A stretch of 64,000 nucleotides of DNA from positions 48,918,001-48,982,000 of the forward strand of contig OX597830.1 in assembly GCA_951406725.2 (NCBI GenBank). Direction: 5' to 3'. The notes under the pieces are model-generated. The model searched no databases. It was given only the letters and a program-made list of their open reading frames with translations, and was not told the DNA's origin. Both the position numbers and the translations under genes were made by a program. The stretch comes from Octopus vulgaris. Lineage: Eukaryota. Position 1 is the first letter of the stretch, and every line of letters starts with the position of its first letter. Of this stretch, positions 52,451 to 64,000 are shown piece by piece.

Positions 52451-53950
52451 TCTCAAAGCAGTGAGATGTGCTTTTACATGATCATTCGATGTGCTAGAAA
52501 CGACAGTCAAATATTCATTAAACCTGACTGTGGCTTGGATAATGTGACCTTGGTTTCATTGTATATATGGAAAGATGAACTGGTGTGCCTAGAATGCCTT
52601 TAATCATAGGTTTGCTTGACGTGAGGCTAAACAATAGCTGCAACATCTTTGCTTCTATCACCCCAAGTCAACCACCAATTCCTACAAACCTCTAACAATC
52701 GCTTGACCATTTCCATCATAGCACTGGTAATTACTATCACCAATACCGCTGTATTCCACCAATGTTGAATTCTCTCCTTCACCACCATTCTCACTGCTGC
52801 AAGCTAGTCTGAGAATTACACTCACCACATAGAATAAGATGAATTAGTACGTGTGTAGAATATTAATTTCTGAGGTTATAATGGGTGAAGGTCTTTTAAG
52901 AAAAGTTATTCCTCTCAAGAGGAGATAGAAGAATAATAATCTTTGACACTGAATTAAGTGCGTTTCCATTCTTCTTCGGCCGTCAGAAAGTTAATCAGTT
53001 CATTACTAAATATTTTGAAAGGGTTAAATGAGAGCGTCCACACGATAGTCATGATGTTGATTTAGTATATCTTTATTTATTATTATGGTGTCTGCTTTGG
53101 TGGTGTTAATGAATAATGTTTATTATTTGTGATTTAGATATGATCGTTGAATGTAAAATATGGATAATACATTTCTAATGTTTGTATACTATCAGCTATA
53201 TCTAAACCAGTGGCTAAATTTTTTTTCAGCAAAATTTTCTACAAGAGTGTAAAAGAGGACTCTGTGAATAGTCTGTTAGGTGATCAGTTAAAGGGTTTAG
53301 TTTTATCCGACTACTCAAAATGATTGTTTCACCAATTTTTTTCTCAATCTAACAATATCTGACAACTTTGAATGCCTCAAATATTGAGGATATTATTTTC
53401 TCAGGAAACCTTCTTCAATCGTAATTTCGAACTGGTTTCTTCTTGCATGCGTAAATGATCTGGGACAGTAACACATTTAAAATCTTTCACACACTCTAAC
53501 AGGAAATATAAGCTGTTAAGAGTACTTCCATTTTAGCACCTTTTTCAGTTTTTGACATTTCATAAAATTTTCCTATGTTATTTATCCTTTATGAAACAAA
53601 AAAAAAAAAATACGCATATATTACGTCTAAAGCCATTTTCACGCAGTTTCATCCAATTTCTGTATTTCTAAATGATTTCCACATGAACTGATTTTTTGAC
53701 ATTTTTAACCAATCATTTTAAACTCTTTATTTCATCCATGCCACTTCTTTACTGCTCTACCTGTTTATCGTTAATCACGCTCCGTATTCTCAACCATCAT
53801 TCCTTTTCTCCTAACCTATTTAAGTTTTTTTCCCCTCTTCTTCCTGCGTTCTGCTCTACTACCTATCTACCTACTACCTACACACACACACACACACATT
53901 GTCGAGAGTCTGATATTTGATATTTCATATAAAAAAAATGAGTAATCGCA

Positions 53951-54012
<62 letters not shown>

Positions 54013-54977
54013 ACACTCACTCACTCACACACATTTAAACAAACGTATGAGTGTATGTTGGTAAATACAGAATACGAGGTGACTAGTGACGATTTGAGTC
54101 AATAACGATTGGTCCATGGTATAATTCTTATAAGAAATCTATGGAAGAAATATGTGTTTGTGTGTGTTTGTATTACCAACTATATGTGGACATTAATAGT
54201 AATATATTGGAACTAGATCAAAAGATTATCCGGAATGAAGAATTTCATGTCAGAGAGAAACAAAAGAGGAAGGTGAGAGAAGAGTGTGTGGGCTTTGATT
54301 TATGTGTCTTACATTAGAATACAATATTCTATATTTGGTAAAATTGGAAGCACAAATTTGGGAAGCAAAATTTCCAGTCTATAGCATACAAGACCAGTCG
54401 AGCATGAAGTTGATAGACTCCCTTTTCATTAAGAGACGTGGTGCTGCTGTATTCAAAGAAGTTGGCATTGGAATGAGATCGCGGGTTCAATCTCAGTGCG
54501 TGTCGATTAAAACTTCGAGAGTGTTTTTGCAAAGTTAGATTTAATCCACCATCCGGTTTAGCAAACTTACCTGACGCCCTCTGTATCACTTGAGTGGAGT
54601 TCAAACATTTTCTAGCATCTTGGTCAGAACTCCACTCTGATGATCGAGCCCATACGTTATTCTCCTATCAGAGAACTTAGATAGAGGTTACGATCACAGT
54701 TCTTTCTTTACTGAATAAGGCAAAATTTAAGCTAAATATAGCTTGAAATAAAAATATTCATGGTTCAAACAATAATTCGTTCCTTTTATCGTTTGTTATT
54801 TGTCAGTAAAATGTAAAAATACATTACGAAAGATATATCGTAAGCAATTCAAAATTATTTACGAATATATCAGTGACCAGACTTATTTCATAAAAGAAGA
54901 GTGTATAATTGTGAATAAATCACAACTATAACGGAAAGGGTTGAAAAAACTCTTACATGTCTAGAAATAGTAGTCAA

Positions 54978-55255
54978 AACCGGGCGTTGCGAGTGTTTAT
55001 TGAGCGAAAACACCTAAAGCTATACGAGGCTCCGGGATGAGGTGGGGACGATGCCTGCTGTACTCTTTCACCACAACTTTCTCTCACTCTTCTCGCTTCT
55101 GTTATACCTGTATTTCAAAGGGCCAGCCTTGTCACAAACTGTGTCACGCTGAGTCTCCCCGAGAACTACGTTAAGGGTACACGAGTCTGTGGAGTGCTCA
55201 GCCCTTTGCACGTTAAAACTAGAATCCTCGTCGTCGTAACCGACGGAGTGCCACG
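54978..55255 (+). mobile_element. SINE family C, 5' truncated
   Basis: Matches 41541-41850 with an internal deletion. Confidence 0.88.
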
Positions 55256-55266
55256 GGAAGTGTATA

Positions 55267-55323
<57 letters not shown>

Positions 55324-55408
55324 TATACATATATGTGTGTATATATATATATATATGTGTATATATATGTATATATCTATGTATGTATGTGTGTATATAT
55401 GTATATAC

Positions 55409-55439
<31 letters not shown>

Positions 55440-56133
55440 TGTATGCGTATATATACATACGTAATGTGTATATATACGTAATGTGTATATATAATGTGTA
55501 TATATACATACGTAATGTGTATATATAATACACACACACAAAATTATATATGGAAATGTATTTTATTAATTCATCGGGAGTTGATGATCTTAACCTAACA
55601 GATTAAGTAAGAATTCTCTGTAACATTTGCTCTGCTTGAAATATAATTTTTATTTATCAATACTTATTTCCATACTGTCCGGCTAGATACCAAAGTACAC
55701 TGTATTATTACAAAATTTCTCTGGAGTTCTTTGCATGTATTTGACAACACCAATTTCTATATTAACTATTGTTTGGCGTCTGTTAGTTTTGTCTTAGATG
55801 TATTATTCAATATCTAATTCAGGTTAATAAGCAAAAAAACAAAAAACAAAAAAACAAAAACAAAAGCAAGAAAACAAAAACAAAAGCAAAACAAAGTAAG
55901 AGATAAATGTTCGACTGTTAAACTTTAATATAACTATTAACTGAACGGAGACAGAGCTCTCTCATATATTCTGATGTTAGCAACTAGCTGAGCAGATACA
56001 TAATTGAATACAATGCTTTGTTTTGAAACTCAATAAAACGCTGGAAGTGGATTTGAACTCATATCTTATGAAGAGGTAGTTCCATGCATTAATACAGTGA
56101 GCACCTGTCGTCTACTGTTTTAATAGAAATATA

Positions 56134-56366
56134 TATTTCTTTATTGCCCACAAGGGGCTAAACATAGATGGGACAAACAAGGACAGACAAAGGGATTAAG
56201 TCGATTACATCGATCCCAGTGCGTAACCAGGTACTTTATTTATCGACCCCGAAAGGATGAAAGGCAAAGTCGACCTTGGCGGAATTTGAACTCAGAACGT
56301 AACGACAGACGAAATGCCGCTAATCATTTCGCCCGGCGTGCTAACGTTTCTGCTAGCTCGTCGCCT
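56134..56366 (-). mobile_element. SINE family B, full length, with 18-bp TSD
   Basis: TSD TGTTTTAATAGAAATATA at 56116-56133 and 56367-56384. Confidence 0.93.
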
Positions 56367-56527
56367 TGTTTTAATAGAAATATAACACAATTCAGTGTGT
56401 GTGTGTGTGTGTGTGTGTATTTGTGAGGCTCTCTTCGTTGTTGCTTGACCTACTAGAAAGAGCCGCCAACTTTGCCCCAAATTGCAGTTACTGTCTTGGA
56501 TATGGAAGGATCACACTTGGTAATATT

Positions 56528-56740
56528 GGATTTAAATTTTGGAACAAGACCAGCTATCTTGGAGTGGAGGGAAGCCGATTACATCGATGCCAGTGCTCAA
56601 CTGGTACTTATTTTATCGACCCTGAAAAGATGAAAGGCAAAGTCGACCTCGGCGGAATTTGAACTCAGAATGTAAAGTCAGACGAAATGCCGCTATGCAT
56701 TTTGAGCGGCGTTCTAATGATCCTGGAAACTTGCTGCCTT
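56528..56740 (-). mobile_element. SINE family B variant
   Basis: Shared core GATGAAAGGCAAAGTCGACCTCGGCGGAATTTGAACTC. Confidence 0.85.
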
Positions 56741-57349
56741 AACACATTTGATAACAGGGACCAAGACATACATTTAAAAAAAGTCAGGATGGTCACGACT
56801 GCGATGTCACTTTCAACAGAACCATTGTGGATCAAGGTTTAACTGAGCTAATTAACAGACCTGTACTCACTTTGTACGAAGCTGCAAAATTAATGCCGAT
56901 TGTAAAACATTTGCAAGAGTGTCAATAACGTCAGCGAAACAATCTTTGTGATTCATGATTTAAAAAACATTCTTGCTTGCTTCCATCATTGTAATTAGGC
57001 GCTGTGGGAATCGTATCTTAATTTGTGCAATTGATGCAGAATGGAATAATCTGGAAATTCTTCATGGTTAATTCGTATTCTGAAAAAGAAATGGAAGAAA
57101 AAAAAAAAAAAAAAGGAATTAGCAACAATGGCCGCAAATAAAAGAAAGAAATTAAACTGAAATAAATACTGCAAAACAACAACGATGATAAAAACAACAG
57201 CAGAAACAACGAAGAATAATGAATGGATTTTGTAAAAGAAAATTCGAGAAATATCTTCTAGCATGTATCTTAATTCAATTTATCTCATTTATTGTGAATG
57301 TGTACATATAAAACAAAAATCTAAATTGCAGACTAAGTTGTTTTAAAGA

Positions 57350-57422
<73 letters not shown>

Positions 57423-57424
<2 letters not shown>

Positions 57425-57807
57425 GATCAGTAAATATAAAGACTTGCTAATAGAAATTTTTTTAAATGTGGCATCTCAAGGCGACTACAGTACCAGTGAT
57501 TGTAGGATCTCTAGGAATGATAAAAAAGGTACTGACACCTATTTGAAAATGATACCAGGCTTACCATCCCTACAGGAAGTGCAAAAAATCGTATTAACTG
57601 GAACGGCTCATGTACTGAGAAGAGCATTATCGCTGTGAAAACAACATCCATTCATGAATTTATTTATTTAAAAAATGTTTAAATACATATTTTACCTGTG
57701 AATTTGCGTGTGTAATCTGGGAATGCATACAATGAGCTTCTCTGCCCTAGGTGTACGGAAAACACTCAGCGAGAAACGGAAGAAAATTTGAAGAAAGAAG
57801 GAAAAAC
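57423..57807 (+). mobile_element. R4/Dong-like 3' end, second subfamily
   Basis: KYKDLLIE...MIPGLPSLQEVQKIVLTGTAHVLRRALSL plus related 3' UTR; (AAT)n flanks. Confidence 0.85.
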
Positions 57808-57829
57808 AATAATAATAATAATAATAATG

Positions 57830-57883
<54 letters not shown>

Positions 57884-57887
<4 letters not shown>

Positions 57888-58270
57888 TATAAAGACCTAC
57901 TCATTGAAATTGAGAAAATGTGGCATCTCAAGGCGGTTACAATACCAGTGATCGTAGGAGCACTAGAAATGATCAAGAAGGGAACCGAAAATTATATGAG
58001 AATGATCCCTGGCTTACCATCCCTGCAAGAAGTGCAAAAGATTGTCTTAACTGGTACATCACACGTATTGAGAAGAGCATTGTCGATGTGAGAACTGTTA
58101 CTGCTCATGTATTTTAATTTAACTTTAAAAAAAAAAAAAAAAAAAAAAAATTAACGAACTACTGAGTTTGGTTTAATGGCCTACCAATATACACTATGAG
58201 TTTCTTTGCCCTAGGAGTCGGGAAGACACTCGGCAAGAAATGGAAGAAAATTTGAAAGAAGAAAAAAAAA

Positions 58271-58271
<1 letters not shown>
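57884..58271 (+). mobile_element. R4/Dong-like 3' end, near-identical to the 21426 copy
   Basis: Sequence matches ~21524-21910; (AAT)n flanks. Confidence 0.88.
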
Positions 58272-58304
<33 letters not shown>

Positions 58305-58309
58305 ATATG

Positions 58310-58505
58310 ATAATTTTTGAACGAGGCCAGCAGTTGCCTGGGTGAGGTAAATCGATTACATCGACCCCAGTGCTCAGCTGGTACTCGAAAGAATAAAAGC
58401 ACCAGTTCAGCTCGGTGGAGTTCTAGCTCAGAACGTAAAGACGGACGAAATGCCGCGGATAGTACACTGCCCGGTGTACTATCGATTCTACCGTCTCGCC
58501 GCCTT
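58310..58505 (-). mobile_element. SINE family B variant (diverged)
   Basis: TCGATTACATCGACCCCAGTGCTCAGCTGGTACT...CTCAGAACGTAAAGACGGACGAAAT. Confidence 0.75.
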
Positions 58506-59250
58506 TAAATAATAAGAATGCTTTTATGCATTGATCCCAGTTTTGGGTAGAAAGAGGATCTAGAAATTCTATCACATTTTCCAGTCGTGTTCAATTGAAG
58601 AATAGGAAATGCTAGGTGAAGATGACAGAGAGAGAGACGAAACGTCCGATATTTAAAAGGGAACCTGCGAAGCAACCGAAATGCGTGAATTGGAAAGCTT
58701 GTTTTACATAAGAAATCTTGAATTCACATTCAGTATTACTAACATGAGATTTACGGAAACAATAATCAAGTGATCTTGAGAAGCAGGAGTAGGCGAATTA
58801 TGGGACGCGATAAGGGAACAAAAAGCTATATTTGAAGACAACTGTAGAAACTGCAACACGGAGAAGTTCCATTGATAATAATTACATAACAACTGCCAGC
58901 TTCATGGATTTATACGATCTTTTCAGCCAAAGGTTTATATGGCGTTTTCTATGAAACTAAACATACAACTCCTATATGCACACACATAATCCAATCCTTC
59001 ACCAAATGATATTAAACAAATGCACATAGCAACAAGCGAAATGTATAATGTAGCTTTTCCTCTAACCAAATGAATCTATAGGATCGAAGCCTGCTACAAT
59101 CAGGTACCCATAGCGATTTTAGAAACAAAACGGCTACAACAGATAACAGCAAAATCCTCTCTGAAGAGAGATGAGCATGCTCTGGTTCATTGCGCTCTTC
59201 AACAAGAGCCTCATCGACTGAATGGTGAAGTAATTCCTCTTCTTAATCAG

Positions 59251-59315
<65 letters not shown>

Positions 59316-59909
59316 GACACCAAATCACATAAATTATTGAACAGGAATAACATAATATGAAAACTAGTTGTTCTGCAAATCCTTTCATTACATAATACAT
59401 TACCATACATTACCATGCTGACAGTGCTAAGTGGAGATAACTGTAATTGCCAAATCTGAGTTGGGTTCCCCGCATCGCCAATACACGAATGATTGTCTTG
59501 TGTATTAAAACCACGAAGCAATCCAATCTCTCTTATATCGGTCTAACAAAATGTGTTTAAGAATAGGTTATAGAAATACGAGATTTTTCAATTCGAACCG
59601 GAACGAAATGCCACATAGTTCTGGAAGCACAACCGGTAGAAAAATGTAAAGAACCTCCTCCTCCTCCTCCTACTACTACTACTACAAAAGAATTGGCCAG
59701 GAGTACCTCTCGGCCGAAAATTTATTTCTTTGCCTGGATTTGAACTCTCTTTTCACAGCTATCATTTATTTTTTTTAAAAAAGAACTTTATTTGAACTGT
59801 TACTTTTATTTTTTCTTCCCTTCTGTTGTGTCTTCTTTCTTTTTTTGTGTATCTTTCTTTATTTGAAAACGTTTTGACGAACTATATTTGAACTTTTTAT
59901 TTAAAAAAA

Positions 59910-60851
59910 TTGGCAAAGGAAATATTAGTGTGGGAATTAACACCTCCCAAATCATGGCTAAAAGAGCCCGAAAGGAAGACGGTGGTGTTGAGGACTTATT
60001 CAAAATTGCTCGATACCATAACCGTCTTCCCGAAAGCCACAATTTTGAAAGAGCTGGCAGAATACATGCCAGCTATTAAATTTATTTCACGGGGAGTCAA
60101 ATTTGCGACGGTCTGGTTGCTATTTGACTCCCCCAAAGAAGCTTGCGATTTTGCAAGCCGGCCCCTCGAGGGGAAGGAAATAATGTTTCTTCCAAGCTAC
60201 TGTGGAAAAAAATTATTGAAAGCTTGGATCTGCGGTTGGCCACCCGGAGTTGAGCCCGATTGGATAGAGGACTCTATTCGCCGGGGTCTGGGTGGTAGCA
60301 GTACCAAGCTGCTCAACGTAAAAATTTTGCCTGCGGCTGATTGGGAGGGGTCAAAAGCTGTGTTGACCCTATGGACCCAATCAGCCGAAAGTCTGGTTTT
60401 CCCAGATGTTTTGAGGATGGCCGGATCTAGGTATCCGGTGATGCTCGAGGGACGCCCCCCCCCCAAGTGTCATCTGTGCCTGGAGACCGGCTACATCAAG
60501 AAAAACTGCCCCAAGGACTAAAATAGGATCCTGGAGCAGTTAACAGAGGAACCACTCCCTGCTCCCTCAATGGAGGGAGAGAGGGAGGAGGATGTCGAGG
60601 AGGTGGAAACCTCCTCGAAAAAACGAAAGCGAAAGGTGAAGAACCCGAGAGCTGCGGGAGAAAAGGAGGACCTACTGGACACAGCAAGGGAACACCACCC
60701 TCCCGCAGCCCAAGGGAAAAAGAAAAGAAAAAAGAAAAACGGAACATTGCCGGTAGGTTGTGACACGCTGCCGGCGTGTCCCGATTCTCCTTTGGCGGGT
60801 GTGCTGCTGGAGGAGGAAGTTTTGGTCCTCTTCCATAAGGGAGGAACCTAG
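59910..60851 (+). pseudogene. L1/Tx1-like LINE ORF1 (gag-like, zinc knuckle), disrupted
   Basis: 203-aa ORF ending EGRPPPKCHLCLETGYIKKNCP (CX2CX4HX4C with H->Y). The same frame resumes after TAA 60519-60521 into the charged, K-rich ORF 60570-60851. Confidence 0.75.
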
Positions 60852-61352
60852 TAAAATGAAATCCAAAAAATTGAAAGGAAGTGCCGGTGGGAGGGGCTTC
60901 TGTCCTACACGGAGGAACCTGAGTGGCCTTCGCAGGTGGCTGCGGAGGTCTTATGGGAGAACGATCTATGGAAGATAACTAACTCCTTCCCGAAAGACTC
61001 CTTCAGATTTATGTTGAAACCTTTAAGTTCGGAACGGACCAGGTGCTTCGATGAAGCGAGTAGCCTGGCCGGGCGGAAAAATTGAAGAGGTATATTACCT
61101 CAAAAAGAGACTAAAAATGTAAATTGTGTTTTATTTTTAATTTTGAACTGTGTAAGAGGTTTATTGCCTCATTGTGTTTAAAAAAAAAGAAAAAAAGAAC
61201 AATGTTTTAGAGAAGCGAAAGTCGGCGGGCGCTTTTCGTCTTCTCCCATCCTTATCATCCATATATCATCATCATTCATCCCATTAATGTCTCTGTCTTG
61301 CCCTCAAGCTTCTCTCTGTGTGCTGCCCTTGTGGCAAATTTAATGAAATAAA

Positions 61353-61770
61353 GAAGCTTGCTTCCCAACCACATGGCTCCGATTTCAGTTCTACCACGCG
61401 ACATCTTGGCAAAGTGTCTTCTACTATATCCCCGGGCCGACCAAAGCCTTGTGATTGGATTTCGTAGAAGGAAACTGAAAGAAGCCCGTCATATATGTGT
61501 GTGTGTGTATATATATATATATATGTACGTTTGTGTGTGCGGTGTGTTTGTGTGTCTTTGTGTCGGTGTTTGCCCCCTCACCACCACTTGACAACCGGTG
61601 CTGGTGTGTTTACGTCCCCGTAACCTAGCCGCTCGGCAACAGAGAACGATCGGCTAAGTACCAGGCGTTAAGAAATAAGTACCGGGGTCAATACGTCGAC
61701 TAAAAATGCTCCAAGGCATTGTCCCAGCATGGCCACAGTCTAATGACTGAAACAAGTCAAACATAAAAGA
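61353..61770 (+). mobile_element. SINE family A, slightly 5' truncated
   Basis: GCTTGCTTCCCAACCACATGG...TGACTGAAACAAGT. Confidence 0.88.
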
Positions 61771-62517
61771 TATTCTGCCTCGTTGTGAAATAAAAGACTT
61801 GCTCAACGGGAGTTTATTTACCAGAAATATTAGACTCGTTTACTCCTTAGGGTCTATTGAAATCTAGAAATACTTGTAGATCATAATTATACTTTTGTCA
61901 CTATTTCTCTCGCAAAAGTAAAACACTTCTATGAATAATTTCACATAGCGGTTGAGGACATGTACCTCTATGTATTCATGACATTTTCAGTTTTCACTGA
62001 TGGTATACATACCCGGTGGTGGGGAAAACGTTGGTCGTATATTTCAATGATTTACCCTCCACTACGGGAGGCTAAATTCCCGGCTTTAGGAAGTTGATTT
62101 CCGCTTATGATAGACAACGGAAGTTCTTAGCGATGATGTTGTCGATTAATCTATTGCTGACAAGGAAAATACACATACGAAAACTCTCAAAAAAGTTTAT
62201 AGATTCCAGTTAAATGCGCAAATTCTTTCTATATGGTACCGGTATTTTGAAAGCGACATTTCTAGATTATCTAGTAACTATTCCAAACATTAAAGTAACT
62301 TGAAGTATATAAAATTCGTCATAACAATTTTGAACTAAATGTTTATAGAAGGGTACACTAATATGGTATATATTCGTCCATTTTGTTTTCTATTAAAATA
62401 AATGGGATTGCATTTTGGCAACCGAGTAACAATGAAAATTAGTTATTCAAATTATCCATAAGTTCCCGAACAATATCAAAATGATGCAACATGGAATAGC
62501 CAAACAAATTGAGTAAA

Positions 62518-62608
<91 letters not shown>

Positions 62609-63087
62609 TACAGATCTTATATATATAGTAATTTACATACAATTCCATTGGGAATTTCCTGGAAATATATTTCGTGACTTCGTGTTCAAAAGAGAATTGA
62701 TGGAGTTAAATTATTCAATGTTCTGAATGTAAAACTATTTGATTATTTCCGTGAAACCAGATAATATGTTATCGAGTATTTTGTATTCTTCAGCATTGAG
62801 CCAAACAACGAAATATCATGTGTAAAAGGTAAATTAAAATTTTCATAATGGTCAAAACAAACAATATTTATATAACAAACGTACTAATTTTGTAGTTTAG
62901 TTTAGCCAGCAAGGCTAAGGTCATAGTGAAACAAGAATATATATATTGGATATAAGAATATATATATTGGAAATCAAAGAAAGTAAAGGCTATTTATGAA
63001 AAGTAACGATAGATATATACAATTAGATGAACTGAGGTAGGAATAAAAGTAATAAAAGTTATTTTTGTGAATTGTTAAAGAGATTCA

Positions 63088-63126
63088 AAAGCATACCGGT
63101 TTCGTAAAATTACTGATCACTACTTT
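63088..63126 (-). ncRNA. Minimal type I hammerhead with G3-C8 core variant
   Basis: Minus strand reads AAAGTA-GTGATCA-GTAA-tt-TTAC-GAAA-CCGG-TA|TGCTTT: 6-bp stem I (one G.U) extendable by ATTC/GAAT, palindromic stem III, GUA site. Confidence 0.7.
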
Positions 63127-63654
63127 GAATACACACCGATTACCGAAGGATGTCGGATCTACTAGTGCCTGGGTAGAAAGATTATGTGCAAGGGAGGTAA
63201 GTAGTTCTGGATTTGGTGCAATTAAGGTAGATATAGATCTCTAATGTGAAGGCACATTTTGATATGAAACTCTTACATATCGTGTACCTTATGAACTGTA
63301 AACCAATTTCCATCATTAACTCTATGCTCTAGACACAAACACTTGTTGCATGCACACATACACAACACTTGCTAGCACTCACAACCCTCTAACCTTAACA
63401 CCTTGTAAATAAAATCTTTTCTCTCAAACAGTGGAGCGGCTTGTCGTCATTCATCTATATTCTGTTGGCACTGCATTGTATAAATTGTATTTATGGCTTA
63501 TCTTATTTCGTTAGGGATGCGACCGTGTGACTTACCTATGTCACCAACCTCCACATTCGGTCGTATTTCCTACATATGTATATATATATATATAAATATG
63601 CTTATACATACACACACACACACATACACACACATATATATATACATTGAATTT

Positions 63655-63785
63655 CATGTCTATTCCCTAGAGCGTAGGCGGTTAAGATATGTCATAACAT
63701 ACATCTGGAAGATCTTAAAGGGACTTGTCTCAAACTTTGGCATCAAGAGTTCCATTAAATGCTAGAACAGGGCGCCACTGTATAA
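63655..63785 (+). mobile_element. CR1/L2-group LINE ORF2 C-terminal fragment
   Basis: YSLERRRLRYVITYIWKILKGLVSNFGI...NARTGRHC. Confidence 0.7.
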
Positions 63786-64000
63786 TATGGACATTTCGGA
63801 CTAATGTCATCAAGGTTTCGTTGAATTTTGGAGGAATCGCAACCAATAACAGAATTTTAAAACGGCATTTTGGAAGGTTTGAGAATTTGCGGGTAGCTTT
63901 GTTATTTCTTGATAATTATTTTATATTTTTATTGTTGTAACTAGTAGAATCACGTGATATGGCCAGATGTTAGTGAATTTTAATTCCCAATCTTTCAATC

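Noticed and set aside
52163-52603. Proline-rich 146-aa ORF
   Set aside because: Produced by CAC/CCG low-complexity repeats.
61995-62040. CTGATGG...GAAAACGTTGGTC motif
   Set aside because: Core mismatch and no convincing stems I or II.

Overview
AT-rich, microsatellite-dense eukaryotic DNA with no supportable host protein-coding exon. The SINE set and repeat style suggest a coleoid cephalopod (Octopus-like); this is an inference. Nearly all listed ORFs are microsatellite artefacts or transposon relics. The window holds four tRNA-derived SINE families, Tc1/mariner/maT relics, Helitron relics, (AAT)n-targeted R4/Dong-like LINE 3' ends, an L1/Tx1-like ORF1 element and Penelope-like (PLE) fragments. 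The standout is 7337-11269: seven near-identical non-coding 533-bp tandem units, each with an intact type I hammerhead ribozyme on the minus strand. The array ends in an inverted partial copy that starts at the ribozyme cleavage site and sits inside a (TA)n tract, which fits a young retrozyme or non-autonomous PLE that could produce 533-nt monomers or circRNAs. Several other minimal hammerheads from different families occur in the window, two with compensatory core variants (G3-C8 and U3-A8).
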